Source: an uncultured delta proteobacterium (GTDB taxonomy: Bacteria > Desulfobacterota > Binatia > DP-6). Taken from it: 64,000 nt of DNA. Each line of letters starts with the position of its first letter. Position 1 is the stretch's first letter. The position numbers were made by a program, and so were the translations under genes. Below, one piece after another: positions 47,269 through 57,875 of this stretch. A model generated the notes under the pieces. The model was not told where the DNA came from, did not search any database, and saw only the letters and a program-made list of their open reading frames with translations. Where the stretch lies: NCBI GenBank assembly GCA_963815115.1, contig CAWFFN010000009.1:1872191-1936190 (forward strand). Direction: 5' to 3'.

Positions 47269-49008
47269 ATGAGTGAGGGGATACCCCCCGAGCTGATCCT
47301 GGAGGGCGGAACGATCCGCACCATGGATCCGGAGCTTGGCTGCGTCGAGGCCGTCGGGATCGCCGGCGGCCGCATCAAGGCCGCGGGTACACGCGAGAAG
47401 GTACGCGAGGCGATGGGCCCGCGCGTCGAGGCGGTCGAGCTCGACACCACGACGGTCCTTCCCGGGCTGATCGACACGCATCCGCACCTGCTGCACTTCT
47501 CGCTCATCGAGGAACCGCTCGTGGACATCACCGACGCGACCTCGCACGCGGACATCGTCGAGCGGATCGCGGCGCGGGCCAAGAGCACCGAGCCGGGCGA
47601 ATGGATCATGACCACGCCCGTCGGCGAACCGCACTTCTTCGTGACTCGCTCGTGGCGGGACCTCGCCGAAGGGCGCCTCCCCGACCGCCACGTGCTCGAT
47701 CGAGCCAGCCGCGAGCACCCGGTGATGATCCAAGCGTGGGCTCCCGTGACGCCGAACGCCATGGCCTTCAACAGCATGGCGCTGGCCCGGCTCGGCCTCG
47801 ACGCACGAACGCCCGGGCGGATCGGCGAGGTCTGGATCGAGAAGGACGCCCGGGGAACTCCGACGGGAATCGTGACCGGATCGGTCACGAACTACTACAG
47901 CTCCGACAGCTTCAACCATTCACTGTGGCGGCAGATCCCCTTCGTGCAGTTGGACAAGGCGTTCGCAGCCGTCGAGCGTGGCATGCGCCGATACAACGCC
48001 CAGGGGGTCACGACCATCTACGAGAACCACGGGATGGAGGCCGCGCACATCGACTGCTACCGAGCGCTTCGCCTCGCCGACGCTCTCACGCTGCGAGTGG
48101 CGGTTGCCCAGGAGGCCGAGTCCTACGGCCTGCCCTGGAGCAGGCCGAAGACGGCGGACGAATTCACCCGCGGCTGCGAACAGGCCGCCGAGAGCATCGA
48201 GACGCACGACGAGCTCTTTCGCTTTCTCGGGATGACCTTGATGCGAGACGGCTCGTGCTGGCCGGGTACGATCCGCATGCGCGAGCCCTACCTCGGGCCC
48301 TACGGGCAGCTCACCGAAGGCGTCGAGTACATCAGCAGGCAGCGCGCGGCGTTGACGATGGACGCGTGCGGCTCGCGTGGCATGCGGCTGAACACGGTCG
48401 TCATGGGCACGCGAGCGCACGAGGACAACCTGGAGCAGCTCGAAGCCGCAGCGCGCGTGTTCGACGTGTCCAGCCTCGCTTGGCTCCTCGTGCACGCATG
48501 GTTCCTGGAACCCGAACAGACGCGGCGTTACGCGCGGCTCGGGATGAACGTCACGACCAGCATGGCGTTCACCTGGGGGAAGGGGAAGCTCTTTCGGTCG
48601 CGCATGAAGCCCGGCGTCTTGGCCGACCTGGTGCCGCTGCGACGGATTCTGGACAGCGGACTCGTCGTCGCCGGCGGCAGCGACTGGGGACCGAAATGCG
48701 CGTTCAAGCAGATCGAGCTGTCGCTGACGCACGAGGTAGCGGGATCGGACGAGTCGAATCTCGGAGACGCGCAACGGGTGACGCGCGAGGAGGCCCTCGC
48801 CATGTGGACGCGAGACGGCGCGCGCGTCTTGTCCTGGAACGACATCGGCACTCTCGCGCCGGGTAAGCACGCGGATATGGTCCTCGTGGACCGAGACCCT
48901 CTGACGTGCGCGATCGAGAGCATCGGAGAGACGGTCGTCCAGGCAACCCTGCTGGGCGGACACCTCGTGCACGGCGAGCTGCGCTTGCGGGAACTGGAAG
49001 CAGGATGA
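47269..49008 (+). CDS. amidohydrolase (YtcJ-like, Amidohydro_3)
   Basis: LPGLIDTHPH, GGSDW, GTLAPGKHADMV. Confidence 0.88.
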   Translation: MSEGIPPELILEGGTIRTMDPELGCVEAVGIAGGRIKAAGTREKVREAMGPRVEAVELDTTTVLPGLIDTHPHLLHFSLIEEPLVDITDATSHADIVERIAARAKSTEPGEWIMTTPVGEPHFFVTRSWRDLAEGRLPDRHVLDRASREHPVMIQAWAPVTPNAMAFNSMALARLGLDARTPGRIGEVWIEKDARGTPTGIVTGSVTNYYSSDSFNHSLWRQIPFVQLDKAFAAVERGMRRYNAQGVTTIYENHGMEAAHIDCYRALRLADALTLRVAVAQEAESYGLPWSRPKTADEFTRGCEQAAESIETHDELFRFLGMTLMRDGSCWPGTIRMREPYLGPYGQLTEGVEYISRQRAALTMDACGSRGMRLNTVVMGTRAHEDNLEQLEAAARVFDVSSLAWLLVHAWFLEPEQTRRYARLGMNVTTSMAFTWGKGKLFRSRMKPGVLADLVPLRRILDSGLVVAGGSDWGPKCAFKQIELSLTHEVAGSDESNLGDAQRVTREEALAMWTRDGARVLSWNDIGTLAPGKHADMVLVDRDPLTCAIESIGETVVQATLLGGHLVHGELRLRELEAG

Positions 49009-50171
49009 TCGCCGTGCCCGACTGTCTACGGACGCTCGTCGATCGCTTCGACCCGAGCGTCTTCGATGCCCCCGCCGGCCAGGCGCGTATTCGGGTCGTC
49101 ATTGCCGAGGAAGGAGAGTGCGACGTGCTCGCCGGTGCCGGCGCCGTCCAGGTTGCCGCCGCCGACCGGAGCCCGGCTCCCGACGCGACGCTGAGCGCCG
49201 ATCGCAACACCTGGGAAGACATCGCCGCGGATCTGCACGGCGGGATGGACGCCTATCGAGCCGGGCGGCTCGTCGTTCGCCACAACCTCCACCTGGGGGT
49301 CGGTTTTCTCGCCGCGACCAGCGGGGCCACCGGACCCGGGCGGCTGCGATTCCAGCGCATCGAGACGGGCTCGGGAGCGCTGTCGATCCTGACGGCCGGT
49401 GCCGGCGAGCCGATTCTCCTCGTCCACGGGCTCGGAGCGACCAAGGGCTCGTTCCTGCCCACCGTCGCCGCGCTGGCGGGCTCCTTCCGCACCATCGCGC
49501 TCGACCTGCCCGGCTTCGGGGATTCGTTCAAGCCTCTGGGCGCACGCTACCACCCACCCTACTTCGCGCGCTGCGTCGTGGAGCTGATGGACGCGCTGGG
49601 GATCGACCGGGCGCACGTGGTCGGGAACAGCATGGGAGGGCGCGTCGCGCTCGAGCTCGGCATGCGACACCCCGAACGCGTTGGACGCCTGGCCCTGCTG
49701 GCGCCGTCGCTGGCGTGGCGGCGCGGGCGTCCCTGGGCGCCGCTCGTGCGCATGGTGAGTCCGCAGCTCGGTCTGGTACAGATCACCCCGCGCTGGCTCG
49801 TGGAGGCGATCGTCCACCGGATCATCCCCGGTGCCGACCGCAGCTGGGTTCAAGCGGGCGTAGACGAATTCCTGCGGGCCTACCTCACGCCCCGGGGACG
49901 GGTCGCCTTCTACGCGGCGGCCCGCCAGATCTACCTCGAGGAGCCGCATGGATCCCGGGGCTTCTGGACGCGGCTCGGCCAGCTCGAACGGCCGGCGCTG
50001 TTCGTCTGGGGAAAGCACGACGGGCTCGTTCCGATCACGTTTGCGGCGCACGTGAAGGACACGCTGCCGTCCGCTCGTCACCTCGAGCTCGATTGTGGTC
50101 ACGTGCCCCAGATCGAACGCCCGGTGGAGACGCATGCGGCGATCGCCGCCTTCCTGCGGGAGAACGGATGA
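49005..50171 (+). CDS. SCP2-like domain plus alpha/beta hydrolase
   Basis: N-terminal PDATLSAD..GRLVVR sterol-carrier-like domain. HGLG, DLPGFG, GNSMGG, CGHVPQ. ATGA overlap. Confidence 0.88.
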   Translation: MIAVPDCLRTLVDRFDPSVFDAPAGQARIRVVIAEEGECDVLAGAGAVQVAAADRSPAPDATLSADRNTWEDIAADLHGGMDAYRAGRLVVRHNLHLGVGFLAATSGATGPGRLRFQRIETGSGALSILTAGAGEPILLVHGLGATKGSFLPTVAALAGSFRTIALDLPGFGDSFKPLGARYHPPYFARCVVELMDALGIDRAHVVGNSMGGRVALELGMRHPERVGRLALLAPSLAWRRGRPWAPLVRMVSPQLGLVQITPRWLVEAIVHRIIPGADRSWVQAGVDEFLRAYLTPRGRVAFYAAARQIYLEEPHGSRGFWTRLGQLERPALFVWGKHDGLVPITFAAHVKDTLPSARHLELDCGHVPQIERPVETHAAIAAFLRENG

Positions 50172-50224
50172 CGGCCGGTTCGCCAGTACGCCTCGCAGGC
50201 GAGGACCTCACGGCGCGCGACGCT

Positions 50225-51640
50225 TCACGGCACGGGACGACGATCTGACCATGGCCGGGCGCACTCGAAGCTCGCCGCGGCGCGCAGCAGCCCGGCGTCG
50301 TCTCGCGGGCGCGCCACGAGCTGCAACCCGACGGGGAGTCCGGTGGCGGTGACGCCGCACGGGACGGTCGCGGCGGGGACGGACGCCATCATGTTGAAGG
50401 GATACGTGAGCAGCCAGCCGAGGATGCGCCGGCGCAGCGGCTCACCGTCGAGGAACGCGGGTGCGAAGCGGCCGATCTCGAAGGGTTCGACGCAGAGCGT
50501 GGGGCAGATCAGGAGATCGCGCGGCGCGAACCACTCGACCAGCGCGTCCCACATGCGGGCGCGGAACACCTCGGCGCGGCTGGTCGTGAGGAGCGGCAAC
50601 GCGGCCCCTTCGCGGAGGAGCGCGACGAGCTCGGCGTCGATCTGGCCTGCATGGGCCGTCGCGTCCAGGAGATCGTTCGCCGCCGCGAATCCCGGGACCC
50701 AGACCCCCTCCCACATGGCCACCTCGGGGTCGCTCCACGGGGGGCACGACTCCTCGACCACGCAGCCGAGCTCCTCGAAGGCGCCCACGGCGGCGGCACA
50801 GATGCGTCGGATCTCGGGGTCCACGCGCGCGAACCCCAGGTCCGGCGACCAGGCGACCCGCCAGCCGCGCACGTCCTTGCGAGCCTCCGCCATCCAGTCG
50901 ATGCCACTCGGCGGGAGGGAGAGCGGGTCGCTCGGGTGAAACCCCTCCGTCACCGACAGCATGAGCGCCGCGTCCTCGACCGTGCGTGTGATCGGTCCGT
51001 GATGCGTGAAGGGCGTAAAGCGTCCCAGCGTGAGCGTCTGGGGAATGCGGCCGAAGGACGGCTTCATGCCGAACACGCCACAACAGCTCGCGGGAATCCG
51101 GATGGAGCCCGCCCCGTCGCTCCCCTCCGCGAGCGGGCCGAGCCCGGCTGCGACGGCGGCGGCCGCTCCGCCGCTCGAGCCGCCCGCGATCCGGTCCCGA
51201 CGCCATGGGTTTCGCGTTGGCCCGAACAGGTGATTGTCGGTGACGCCGTAGTACCCACCCTCGGGCGTGTTGGTCTTCCCGAGGAGGCAGCCGCCCGCGC
51301 GCTCCAGGCGCTCCGCCACGACCGCGGAGACCGGTGCGATCTGGTCGCGAAGCGGGGCGAGGCCAAGCGTGAGCGGCAGGCCGGCGACCGGGGTGAGGTC
51401 CTTGATCGAGTACGGCACGCCGTGCAGCGCGCCGAGTTCGTCGCCCCGCATCACCGCCGACTCGAGATCACGCGCCCGGCGGCGCACGCGGTCGGCATCG
51501 ACGTGGACGTAGGCATTGATGCCGGGGTTCACGATCTCCAGGCGCGCGAGGAGCGCGTCCGCGATCTCGACCGGCGAGAGCCGGCGCTGCCGCACCGCGC
51601 GCGCCAGCTCGGCAGCCGATGCCCACGCGATTTCCTTCAT
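50225..51640 (-). CDS. amidase signature family enzyme
   Basis: GVPYSIKD, GKTNTPE, GGSSGG, GSDGAGSIRIPAS. Confidence 0.95.
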   Translation of the reverse strand: MKEIAWASAAELARAVRQRRLSPVEIADALLARLEIVNPGINAYVHVDADRVRRRARDLESAVMRGDELGALHGVPYSIKDLTPVAGLPLTLGLAPLRDQIAPVSAVVAERLERAGGCLLGKTNTPEGGYYGVTDNHLFGPTRNPWRRDRIAGGSSGGAAAAVAAGLGPLAEGSDGAGSIRIPASCCGVFGMKPSFGRIPQTLTLGRFTPFTHHGPITRTVEDAALMLSVTEGFHPSDPLSLPPSGIDWMAEARKDVRGWRVAWSPDLGFARVDPEIRRICAAAVGAFEELGCVVEESCPPWSDPEVAMWEGVWVPGFAAANDLLDATAHAGQIDAELVALLREGAALPLLTTSRAEVFRARMWDALVEWFAPRDLLICPTLCVEPFEIGRFAPAFLDGEPLRRRILGWLLTYPFNMMASVPAATVPCGVTATGLPVGLQLVARPRDDAGLLRAAASFECARPWSDRRPVP

Positions 51641-51652
51641 CTGTCGCTCACC

Positions 51653-52957
51653 TCACCGCTCCGGCGGTCGCGACGTCCCGAGCCATTCCCGATTCCCGCG
51701 CAGGGCTTTCAGGTCGGCGCGGAGCGCCGCCACCGGCGCGGCGAGCGCGGCGCGGACGTCCTTTCGAAGCGCGCGCTTCGCGTCGTGCGTCTTGAGGCCC
51801 CGCAGATATGCGGCGAGCGCGTTCAACGCTTTGCTGATGCGCTTCGCCGACTGCTTGTGGGATGTCGCGAGCGCATGCTCGGCGGCCGTCACCGCCTGCT
51901 GCGCGGCCGACACCTTGCCGGCGAGCTTCGATTCGACCGTCCCATCGGCCGCGGTCTGCACCGCCTGGAGGAGCTTCGCCAGGCGGCACGCGACCGAGGC
52001 GAACGCCGCGCCGTCGGCGCACGCTGCCGGGAGCGTCGTGGTCGTCACCGTGCCGCCCTGCAACGTGGTGGTGGTCGTCGCCTCCGCGACCGTCGTGGTC
52101 GTCGTCGCTGCCTGGAGCGTCGTGGTCGTGGTGGTCGTGGTCGGCGGCGTGTTGGGGAACGTGTACGTCGGCTGGCCCTGGTTGTCGGTGATCGTCAGCG
52201 AGACGCCCGGGACCGTGTCGCCGTTCGCGTCCTTGCATTCGATCGAGAGCAGCTCGAGCGTGTCCTTGAAGTCGGCGACCGCCTCGGCGTCGAACACCAC
52301 GCCCATCGGCGCGGAGGTGGTCGCGTCCGTACGCAGGTCGACGAGAATCGCGGTGCCGCCCGGCGCGCCGGGGTCCCAGCCGTTCGAGCCGACGTTCACC
52401 TTGATCGGCTCGCACACGTCGGCGAAGCACTGGACGAAGTGCTGCGCGTCGGCGGAGAGGTAGGCGACGCCCTTGCCGACGACGGTGACCTGGCCGTTGT
52501 TGGTCGTCTCGACGCGCGTCCCGTGCAGGCCAAAGTTGAAGACGACCTGCGAGACTGGCGAGGCGACCGAGCTGAATTTCAGACCGACGATCGTGACCCG
52601 GGCGCCGCCGTAGACGATCCTCCCGAAGCCGTTGCTGGTGAAGTTCTTCTGCCGGAGACGAGCGCTGGCGCGGAGCGTGATCAACCCGCCTCCGCCGGGA
52701 GGACCGACCAGGTCGGACTCGCCGAGGAAGAAGCCGCAGATGAAGTTGGGCGTGTCGGGCGAGGGGCAGAGCGCGCCGAAGTCGGAGAACTCGGCGACGC
52801 TGGTCACGAGGGCGGGCGGGTTGGTCGGCTGCGTCAGGCCGCCGAATTCGTTGTTGCCCCCGAAGGACCAGCCGCCCGATCCTTCCCACAACACGGCGGC
52901 CCGGGCGGGGGAAGCTGCGGCGAGCAACACGAGGACCAAGGCGACGAGATGGCGCAC
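51653..52957 (-). CDS. secreted protein with Thr-rich linker and basic helical C-terminal domain
   Basis: Signal peptide VRHLVALVLVLLAAASPARA, TTTTTTTTL repeats, Cys pairs. Confidence 0.75.
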   Translation of the reverse strand: MRHLVALVLVLLAAASPARAAVLWEGSGGWSFGGNNEFGGLTQPTNPPALVTSVAEFSDFGALCPSPDTPNFICGFFLGESDLVGPPGGGGLITLRASARLRQKNFTSNGFGRIVYGGARVTIVGLKFSSVASPVSQVVFNFGLHGTRVETTNNGQVTVVGKGVAYLSADAQHFVQCFADVCEPIKVNVGSNGWDPGAPGGTAILVDLRTDATTSAPMGVVFDAEAVADFKDTLELLSIECKDANGDTVPGVSLTITDNQGQPTYTFPNTPPTTTTTTTTLQAATTTTTVAEATTTTTLQGGTVTTTTLPAACADGAAFASVACRLAKLLQAVQTAADGTVESKLAGKVSAAQQAVTAAEHALATSHKQSAKRISKALNALAAYLRGLKTHDAKRALRKDVRAALAAPVAALRADLKALRGNREWLGTSRPPER

Positions 52958-53110
52958 AGGCTCAGATACCACGCGGCGTCGGGCCGCGGACAGCGAAAAG
53001 GGTCGCTTGCGACGTGCGAGAGCGTCTGCGCCGCTGGCGGCGACAGCTACGTCACGGCGACTGCGAGAGAAGCGCAACCGCCGTGCCCCCGGTGGGCGCG
53101 ACCACGAGCG

Positions 53111-53992
53111 TCAGAGGGTCTCCTGCAGCGCGCCGGCGTCCTCGGCATCACGAGACCCGGACGATGGCTCCGCGGCGTACACCTCGTCGAGGAAGCGGAC
53201 GATCTCTCCAGTGAGCCGTTCGGGGTCGACCCGCAGCTCGAACATGGACCGCGCCTGGACGAGTCGCGCATTCGGTACCTGCTGCGCGAGGTTCTCGGCG
53301 TCGCTGAAGGGGTGGATCAGGTCGTTCTCGTGTCCGATGATCAGCGTGGGCGCGGTGATCGCCCGTCGCTCCTCGATCTCCGGGGCGACCGGACCGACGA
53401 GGATGCCGTGCAGTACCGCCGCTATCGCCCCGGGCTCCATCGAGAACGTGCCGAGGAAGCTGTCGAGCGGGTCGATCCCGGTGCGTGGCAGCCGGCGGAT
53501 CAGCGAGGTCGCGAAGCCGAAGATACGACCGCCCAAGCGCACCGCGAGCAACAGCGGGACGAACAGGCTGGCTGCCGCCGGAGTGGCCCACTCCAGCACC
53601 GGCATCTCGACGAGCAGCGCGGCGACGCGGTCGGGCGCCTGCACCGCCACGTGCAACGAAACGTTCGCGCCCAGCGACACGCCGCCCACGATGGCCCGCC
53701 GGATACGGAGCTCGTCGAGCAGCGCCACGACCTGCCGCGCGTAGCGGTCCATCCGGTGCTGGGTGGCATGGGGCGGCTTGTCGCTGGTACCGTGCCCGAG
53801 CAGATCGAGCAGCACGACGCGGAATCCGTGTGCGGCGAGGCTGCGCGCCAGCTGCCGGTTCACGCCGGCGTCGAGCAGGAGCCCGTGCATGAGGACGATG
53901 ACGCGCTCGCCATGGCCGTGCACCTCGTAGCCAAGCGTGTAGCCCTGATGTCGGAACCTGCCGCCCGTCATGACGTCTCCGGTAGTGGACAT
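53111..53992 (-). CDS. alpha/beta hydrolase
   Basis: MHGLL, DLLGHG, GVSLGA, DLIHP. Confidence 0.88.
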   Translation of the reverse strand: MSTTGDVMTGGRFRHQGYTLGYEVHGHGERVIVLMHGLLLDAGVNRQLARSLAAHGFRVVLLDLLGHGTSDKPPHATQHRMDRYARQVVALLDELRIRRAIVGGVSLGANVSLHVAVQAPDRVAALLVEMPVLEWATPAAASLFVPLLLAVRLGGRIFGFATSLIRRLPRTGIDPLDSFLGTFSMEPGAIAAVLHGILVGPVAPEIEERRAITAPTLIIGHENDLIHPFSDAENLAQQVPNARLVQARSMFELRVDPERLTGEIVRFLDEVYAAEPSSGSRDAEDAGALQETL

Positions 53993-54115
53993 AGCGGTTC
54001 CGCACCGGCCGATCCACGCCGCCTCCTCCGGAGCGTCAGAGCGGCTCGCTGCGCTCCTTGCCGCCTGCGAGTACGTCGACGCCCAGGCCGTTACGCACCC
54101 GCCAGAGCGGTCGTC

Positions 54116-54964
54116 TCAGCCCTGGCTGTGAGTGGAGAGCCAGTGTGAGAACCGCTTCGCCCAGTGGACGACGTTGTCGGCCACACCCGGGGCGAGCGCG
54201 GCGAGTTTCTCGAGTGCGGCTGCCCCGGGGGGCACGGACACCTCGACGAGCTGGAAGCGTGCGGCCGCGAACACCGCCCAGACCACCCACGAGGGAGGCA
54301 TGTTGAGCCAGCTGGGCCAGAGCTCGAGGAACTCCGGATCGGCCGACATGGCGTCCACCATGGGCGTCTCCACGACGCCCGGGAGGACCAGCGCGACGTG
54401 CACCGGCTCACCGTGCAACTCGGTCCGCAGCGCCTCGGTGAGGCCGACCAGGGCGAACTTGCTCGCGCAGTAGCCCCCGAGCGGCGAGACCCCGCGACGA
54501 CCCGCGAGCGAGCCGACGTTCACGACGCACCCGCGCTGCCGCGCCCGCATGCGGCGGACGGACTCCTGCATCACGAAGAGGGCACCGAAGAGATTCACTC
54601 GCAGCATGCGGTCGAGATCCGCCGGATCGAGCTCGAGCACGGACGCCGGCAAGAGAATGCCGGCGTTGTTCACCACGACGTCCACCCGCCCGAAGCGGTC
54701 GTCCACCGCGGCGAACGCCGCCTGGACCTGGGCGCGCTCCGTGACGTCGGTGGGGACGACGAGCGCCTCGGCGCCGCTCGCGCGGGCCAGCTCCGCCGCA
54801 TCCTCGAGCACGTCGCGCCGACGCGCCATCAGCACGACGCGCGCCCCTGCCGCCGCGAAGGCGAGGGCGGTGGCGCGCCCGATGCCGCTCGAGGCGCCGG
54901 TGACGACCACGACCTGACCGCGAAAGCTGTCGTACCACGCCACGGCGACCGCACCGTCTTCCAT
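54116..54964 (-). CDS. SDR family oxidoreductase
   Basis: TGASSGIG, NNAG, YCASK. Start may be GTG ~54943. Confidence 0.92.
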   Translation of the reverse strand: MEDGAVAVAWYDSFRGQVVVVTGASSGIGRATALAFAAAGARVVLMARRRDVLEDAAELARASGAEALVVPTDVTERAQVQAAFAAVDDRFGRVDVVVNNAGILLPASVLELDPADLDRMLRVNLFGALFVMQESVRRMRARQRGCVVNVGSLAGRRGVSPLGGYCASKFALVGLTEALRTELHGEPVHVALVLPGVVETPMVDAMSADPEFLELWPSWLNMPPSWVVWAVFAAARFQLVEVSVPPGAAALEKLAALAPGVADNVVHWAKRFSHWLSTHSQG

Positions 54965-55095
54965 CGGACGGGGGCGCGTCAAGCCCTCCGGGACGGCCGA
55001 TCGGAGGCCTGTTTCGCGTTTGGCCGCTCCCGCGCTACGCTCTCGCCGCGCCCCGGAGGACCGCATCCCAGCCGACTCCGGCGTCGCCATTCGAC

Positions 55096-56145
55096 ATGAG
55101 CCCGCGAAAGCCGCCCGATCTCCCGCATCCTGACGAGGTGACGGGTGCGCTCAGCGGCATCTTGCAGCTCTTCGCCACGCCGACCCGCAACACGCTGGCC
55201 GATCTGGACGTCTATCGCGGGCTTCCTCTCGAGGCGCTGTTCCCCGCGCCCGGCGCGACGCCCGACGCCAGGGTGACGACGCGGTGGCGATTGCCGGGGG
55301 CCGTGAGCGAGGACATCGTGTTCCCGTCCGAGCACGAGCCGATCGAGCCGGGCTTCCGCCAGCGGTACCTCACCGAATACCCGGAGATCCACACCGTCTA
55401 TGCGCGTCGCATCCGCCCGGCCGGCGTGGACGGGCGTCCGCGGCTCGTGTACCTGCATGGCTACCTGCAGCCGGAGACCTACGTCGAGGAGATGGCGCTG
55501 CTGGTGAGCATGGCGCGCCAGCTCGAGGTCGAGATCGTCCAGCTCCAGCCGCCATATCACGGGCGCCGCACCCCACGCGGTGCGCGCTTCGGCGGGGAGT
55601 TCTACTGGACCGCGGACCTGGTCCGAAGCATCGAAGCCTTGCGGCAGAATCTGCTCGACGCGCGTACGCTGCTCGGTTGGCTGCAGGCCGAGGACCCGCG
55701 GCCGGTCGGCGTCATGGGGCTCAGCCTCGGCGGCGCGCTGACCCTCGGGCTCACCTGCCTGGAGGCGCGCTTCGCGTTCTCGATCCCGCTGATCGCACAC
55801 ATGGACCTCGCCGCGATGCTGGCCGACGCGCCCGTCCTGCGCGGCATGCGGCAGGACCTGCGCCAGTTCGGCTGGGGCATCGAGGAGTTCAGGCGCTTCG
55901 TCCGGGACATCGGCTGGTACGACCTGGCGCCGAAGCTCCCGCCCGGCCGCATCTACATGTTCGCGGCATCGGACGACCGCTTCTTCGACCCGGCCATCGT
56001 CGAGGAAATGTGGCGGCGCTGGGGGCGGCCGGCGATCCGGTGGTACCCCGGAAGTCACTTGGGGTTCCTCGTGCGCGTGCCCGACGCGATCGCGGAAGTG
56101 CGGCGCTTCATCGACGAGTATCTCGTTGGCGCTCACGTCGGTTGA
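55096..56145 (+). CDS. alpha/beta hydrolase (ABHD18/DUF2048-like)
   Basis: YLHG, PYHGRR, GLSLGG, DDRF, WYPGSH. Confidence 0.82.
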   Translation: MSPRKPPDLPHPDEVTGALSGILQLFATPTRNTLADLDVYRGLPLEALFPAPGATPDARVTTRWRLPGAVSEDIVFPSEHEPIEPGFRQRYLTEYPEIHTVYARRIRPAGVDGRPRLVYLHGYLQPETYVEEMALLVSMARQLEVEIVQLQPPYHGRRTPRGARFGGEFYWTADLVRSIEALRQNLLDARTLLGWLQAEDPRPVGVMGLSLGGALTLGLTCLEARFAFSIPLIAHMDLAAMLADAPVLRGMRQDLRQFGWGIEEFRRFVRDIGWYDLAPKLPPGRIYMFAASDDRFFDPAIVEEMWRRWGRPAIRWYPGSHLGFLVRVPDAIAEVRRFIDEYLVGAHVG

Positions 56146-56407
56146 GGGGATCGTGAGGCCGAAGGGAGCATCGACCGAGCCCCGTGTGGGAAAAGCGCCC
56201 GTCTTCATTCCCACCCGCGAGAAAATGTCGCGCGGACGAGCCCGCGCGCCGTACCTGGACCCGACTGGTACGTCCGATGCAAAGGAATCGTAGCGCATGC
56301 CTGCACGGTTGATGAACAAGGCGGTGCTCCTCGCATCGGGCGAGGCGCGGTACATCGCCGGCGTCCGGTCCCCCGTGGACCGCGAACTCTCCTGCGAGGG
56401 CTAGGCG

Positions 56408-57826
56408 ATGGCCGTCGAGCCGGGGCTGCGTCTCGCGGGCGAGGACCTCACCTTCTGGTGGGTCGACTCGCCGATGCAGCCGACCACCATGGCGATGCTG
56501 ATGGTGCTCGATCGCACGCCGGAGTGGGCCCGGCTGCGGCGTTCGGTCGAGCGGGCGGTGCTGGCGGTCGCGCGCCTGCGGCACCGAGTCGTCGAGGCCC
56601 CGCTCGACGTGACACTGCCGCACTGGGAGGTCGACCCCACGTTCGACCTCGACTATCATCTGCGCCGCCACGCGCTGGGCGGGAGCCACGATCTCGACGA
56701 GCTCTTCCGGGAGATCGCGCCGGCCTACGAGACGCCGTTCGACCGCTCGCGGCCGTTGTGGGAGGCGCGGCTCTACGAAGGACTCATCGACGACCGCGCC
56801 GCGCTCTTCTTCAAGCTCCACCATGCCGTCGCCGATGGCGTCGGCGCCAACGCCATCTTCGCCGCCCTGACCGACTGGGACCGCGAACCGGGCGAGGAAC
56901 CGGATGTCCCGGCGCCCGGACCGCAGAAGGGTTCGTGGGCGGCGGCCGCACCGCTCGGTCAACGACTCGCGGAGGCGATCCGCGACCGGGTCGCCCTCGA
57001 CCTGGAGCGTGCGCGGGCATCGGCCGGCACGCTCGTGGACACCGTGATGCACCCGGCGCGCGTCCCGCAGGCGCTGGCGGCGCTGCGCTCCCTCTCCCAG
57101 GCGCTTGCATTCGACAGCCATTCGCCGCTGAAGCAACGGGGCGCGTTCGGCCGTGCGCGGCGGCTCGTCGGCATGGACCTGCCGTTCGAGGACGTGAGGC
57201 GCATCCGCCACGCCCTCCATGGCACGATGATCGACGTGATCCTTTCGATCATGGCGCGGGCGATGGGGAAGTGGCATCGCACACAGGGGATGGCGGAGGT
57301 CCGGGAGCTGATGACGCTCGTTCCCGTGAATCTCCGCCGCCCCGAGGAGTGGACGCAGAAGGCCGACGTCGGCAACGTCGCGACGGGCCTCCTCGTGCCG
57401 CTGCCGATCGGGATCGCGGATCCCGTCGAAACGTTCAACGAGGTGCGGCGCCGCATCGAGGAGAAGAAGGCCGACCCTGCGGCCGGCGCGACGCCGGCCC
57501 TCGCCGAGATGTTCGCGGTGCTCGGCCGGCAGCTGGTGACCTGGATGGGCGAGGTCACATCCGGCGCGGTCGATTTCATCGTGACGAACGTCCCCGGTAT
57601 CCTCGCGACCCGGTACCTCGCCGGCGCCGAGATCCTGGCCGCCTACCCGTTCGCCCCGGTCGCGCTCAGGAGCCCGGCGAGCATCGCGCTCTATGGCTAC
57701 CGGGATCGCCTCTTCATCGGCATCGACGCCGACGAGACGGTGATGCCGGATGTGGAAGCGTTCCGGCTGATGATCGTCGAGGCGTTCGGTGAGCTTGCCG
57801 CGCAGGCGGGCACCGTCACCCCATGA
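56408..57826 (+). CDS. wax ester synthase/diacylglycerol acyltransferase
   Basis: FDLDYHLR, DRSRPLWE, HHAVADG, TNVPG. Confidence 0.93.
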   Translation: MAVEPGLRLAGEDLTFWWVDSPMQPTTMAMLMVLDRTPEWARLRRSVERAVLAVARLRHRVVEAPLDVTLPHWEVDPTFDLDYHLRRHALGGSHDLDELFREIAPAYETPFDRSRPLWEARLYEGLIDDRAALFFKLHHAVADGVGANAIFAALTDWDREPGEEPDVPAPGPQKGSWAAAAPLGQRLAEAIRDRVALDLERARASAGTLVDTVMHPARVPQALAALRSLSQALAFDSHSPLKQRGAFGRARRLVGMDLPFEDVRRIRHALHGTMIDVILSIMARAMGKWHRTQGMAEVRELMTLVPVNLRRPEEWTQKADVGNVATGLLVPLPIGIADPVETFNEVRRRIEEKKADPAAGATPALAEMFAVLGRQLVTWMGEVTSGAVDFIVTNVPGILATRYLAGAEILAAYPFAPVALRSPASIALYGYRDRLFIGIDADETVMPDVEAFRLMIVEAFGELAAQAGTVTP

Positions 57827-57875
57827 CCCGCTGCGCTTAGGCGTCTTCCATCGCGTCGAGGCGTTGCTCCGGACG

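Noticed and set aside
56146-56407. Possible riboswitch or ncRNA upstream of the second WS/DGAT
   Set aside because: No recognisable conserved riboswitch motif by eye. An Rfam/Infernal scan would be needed.
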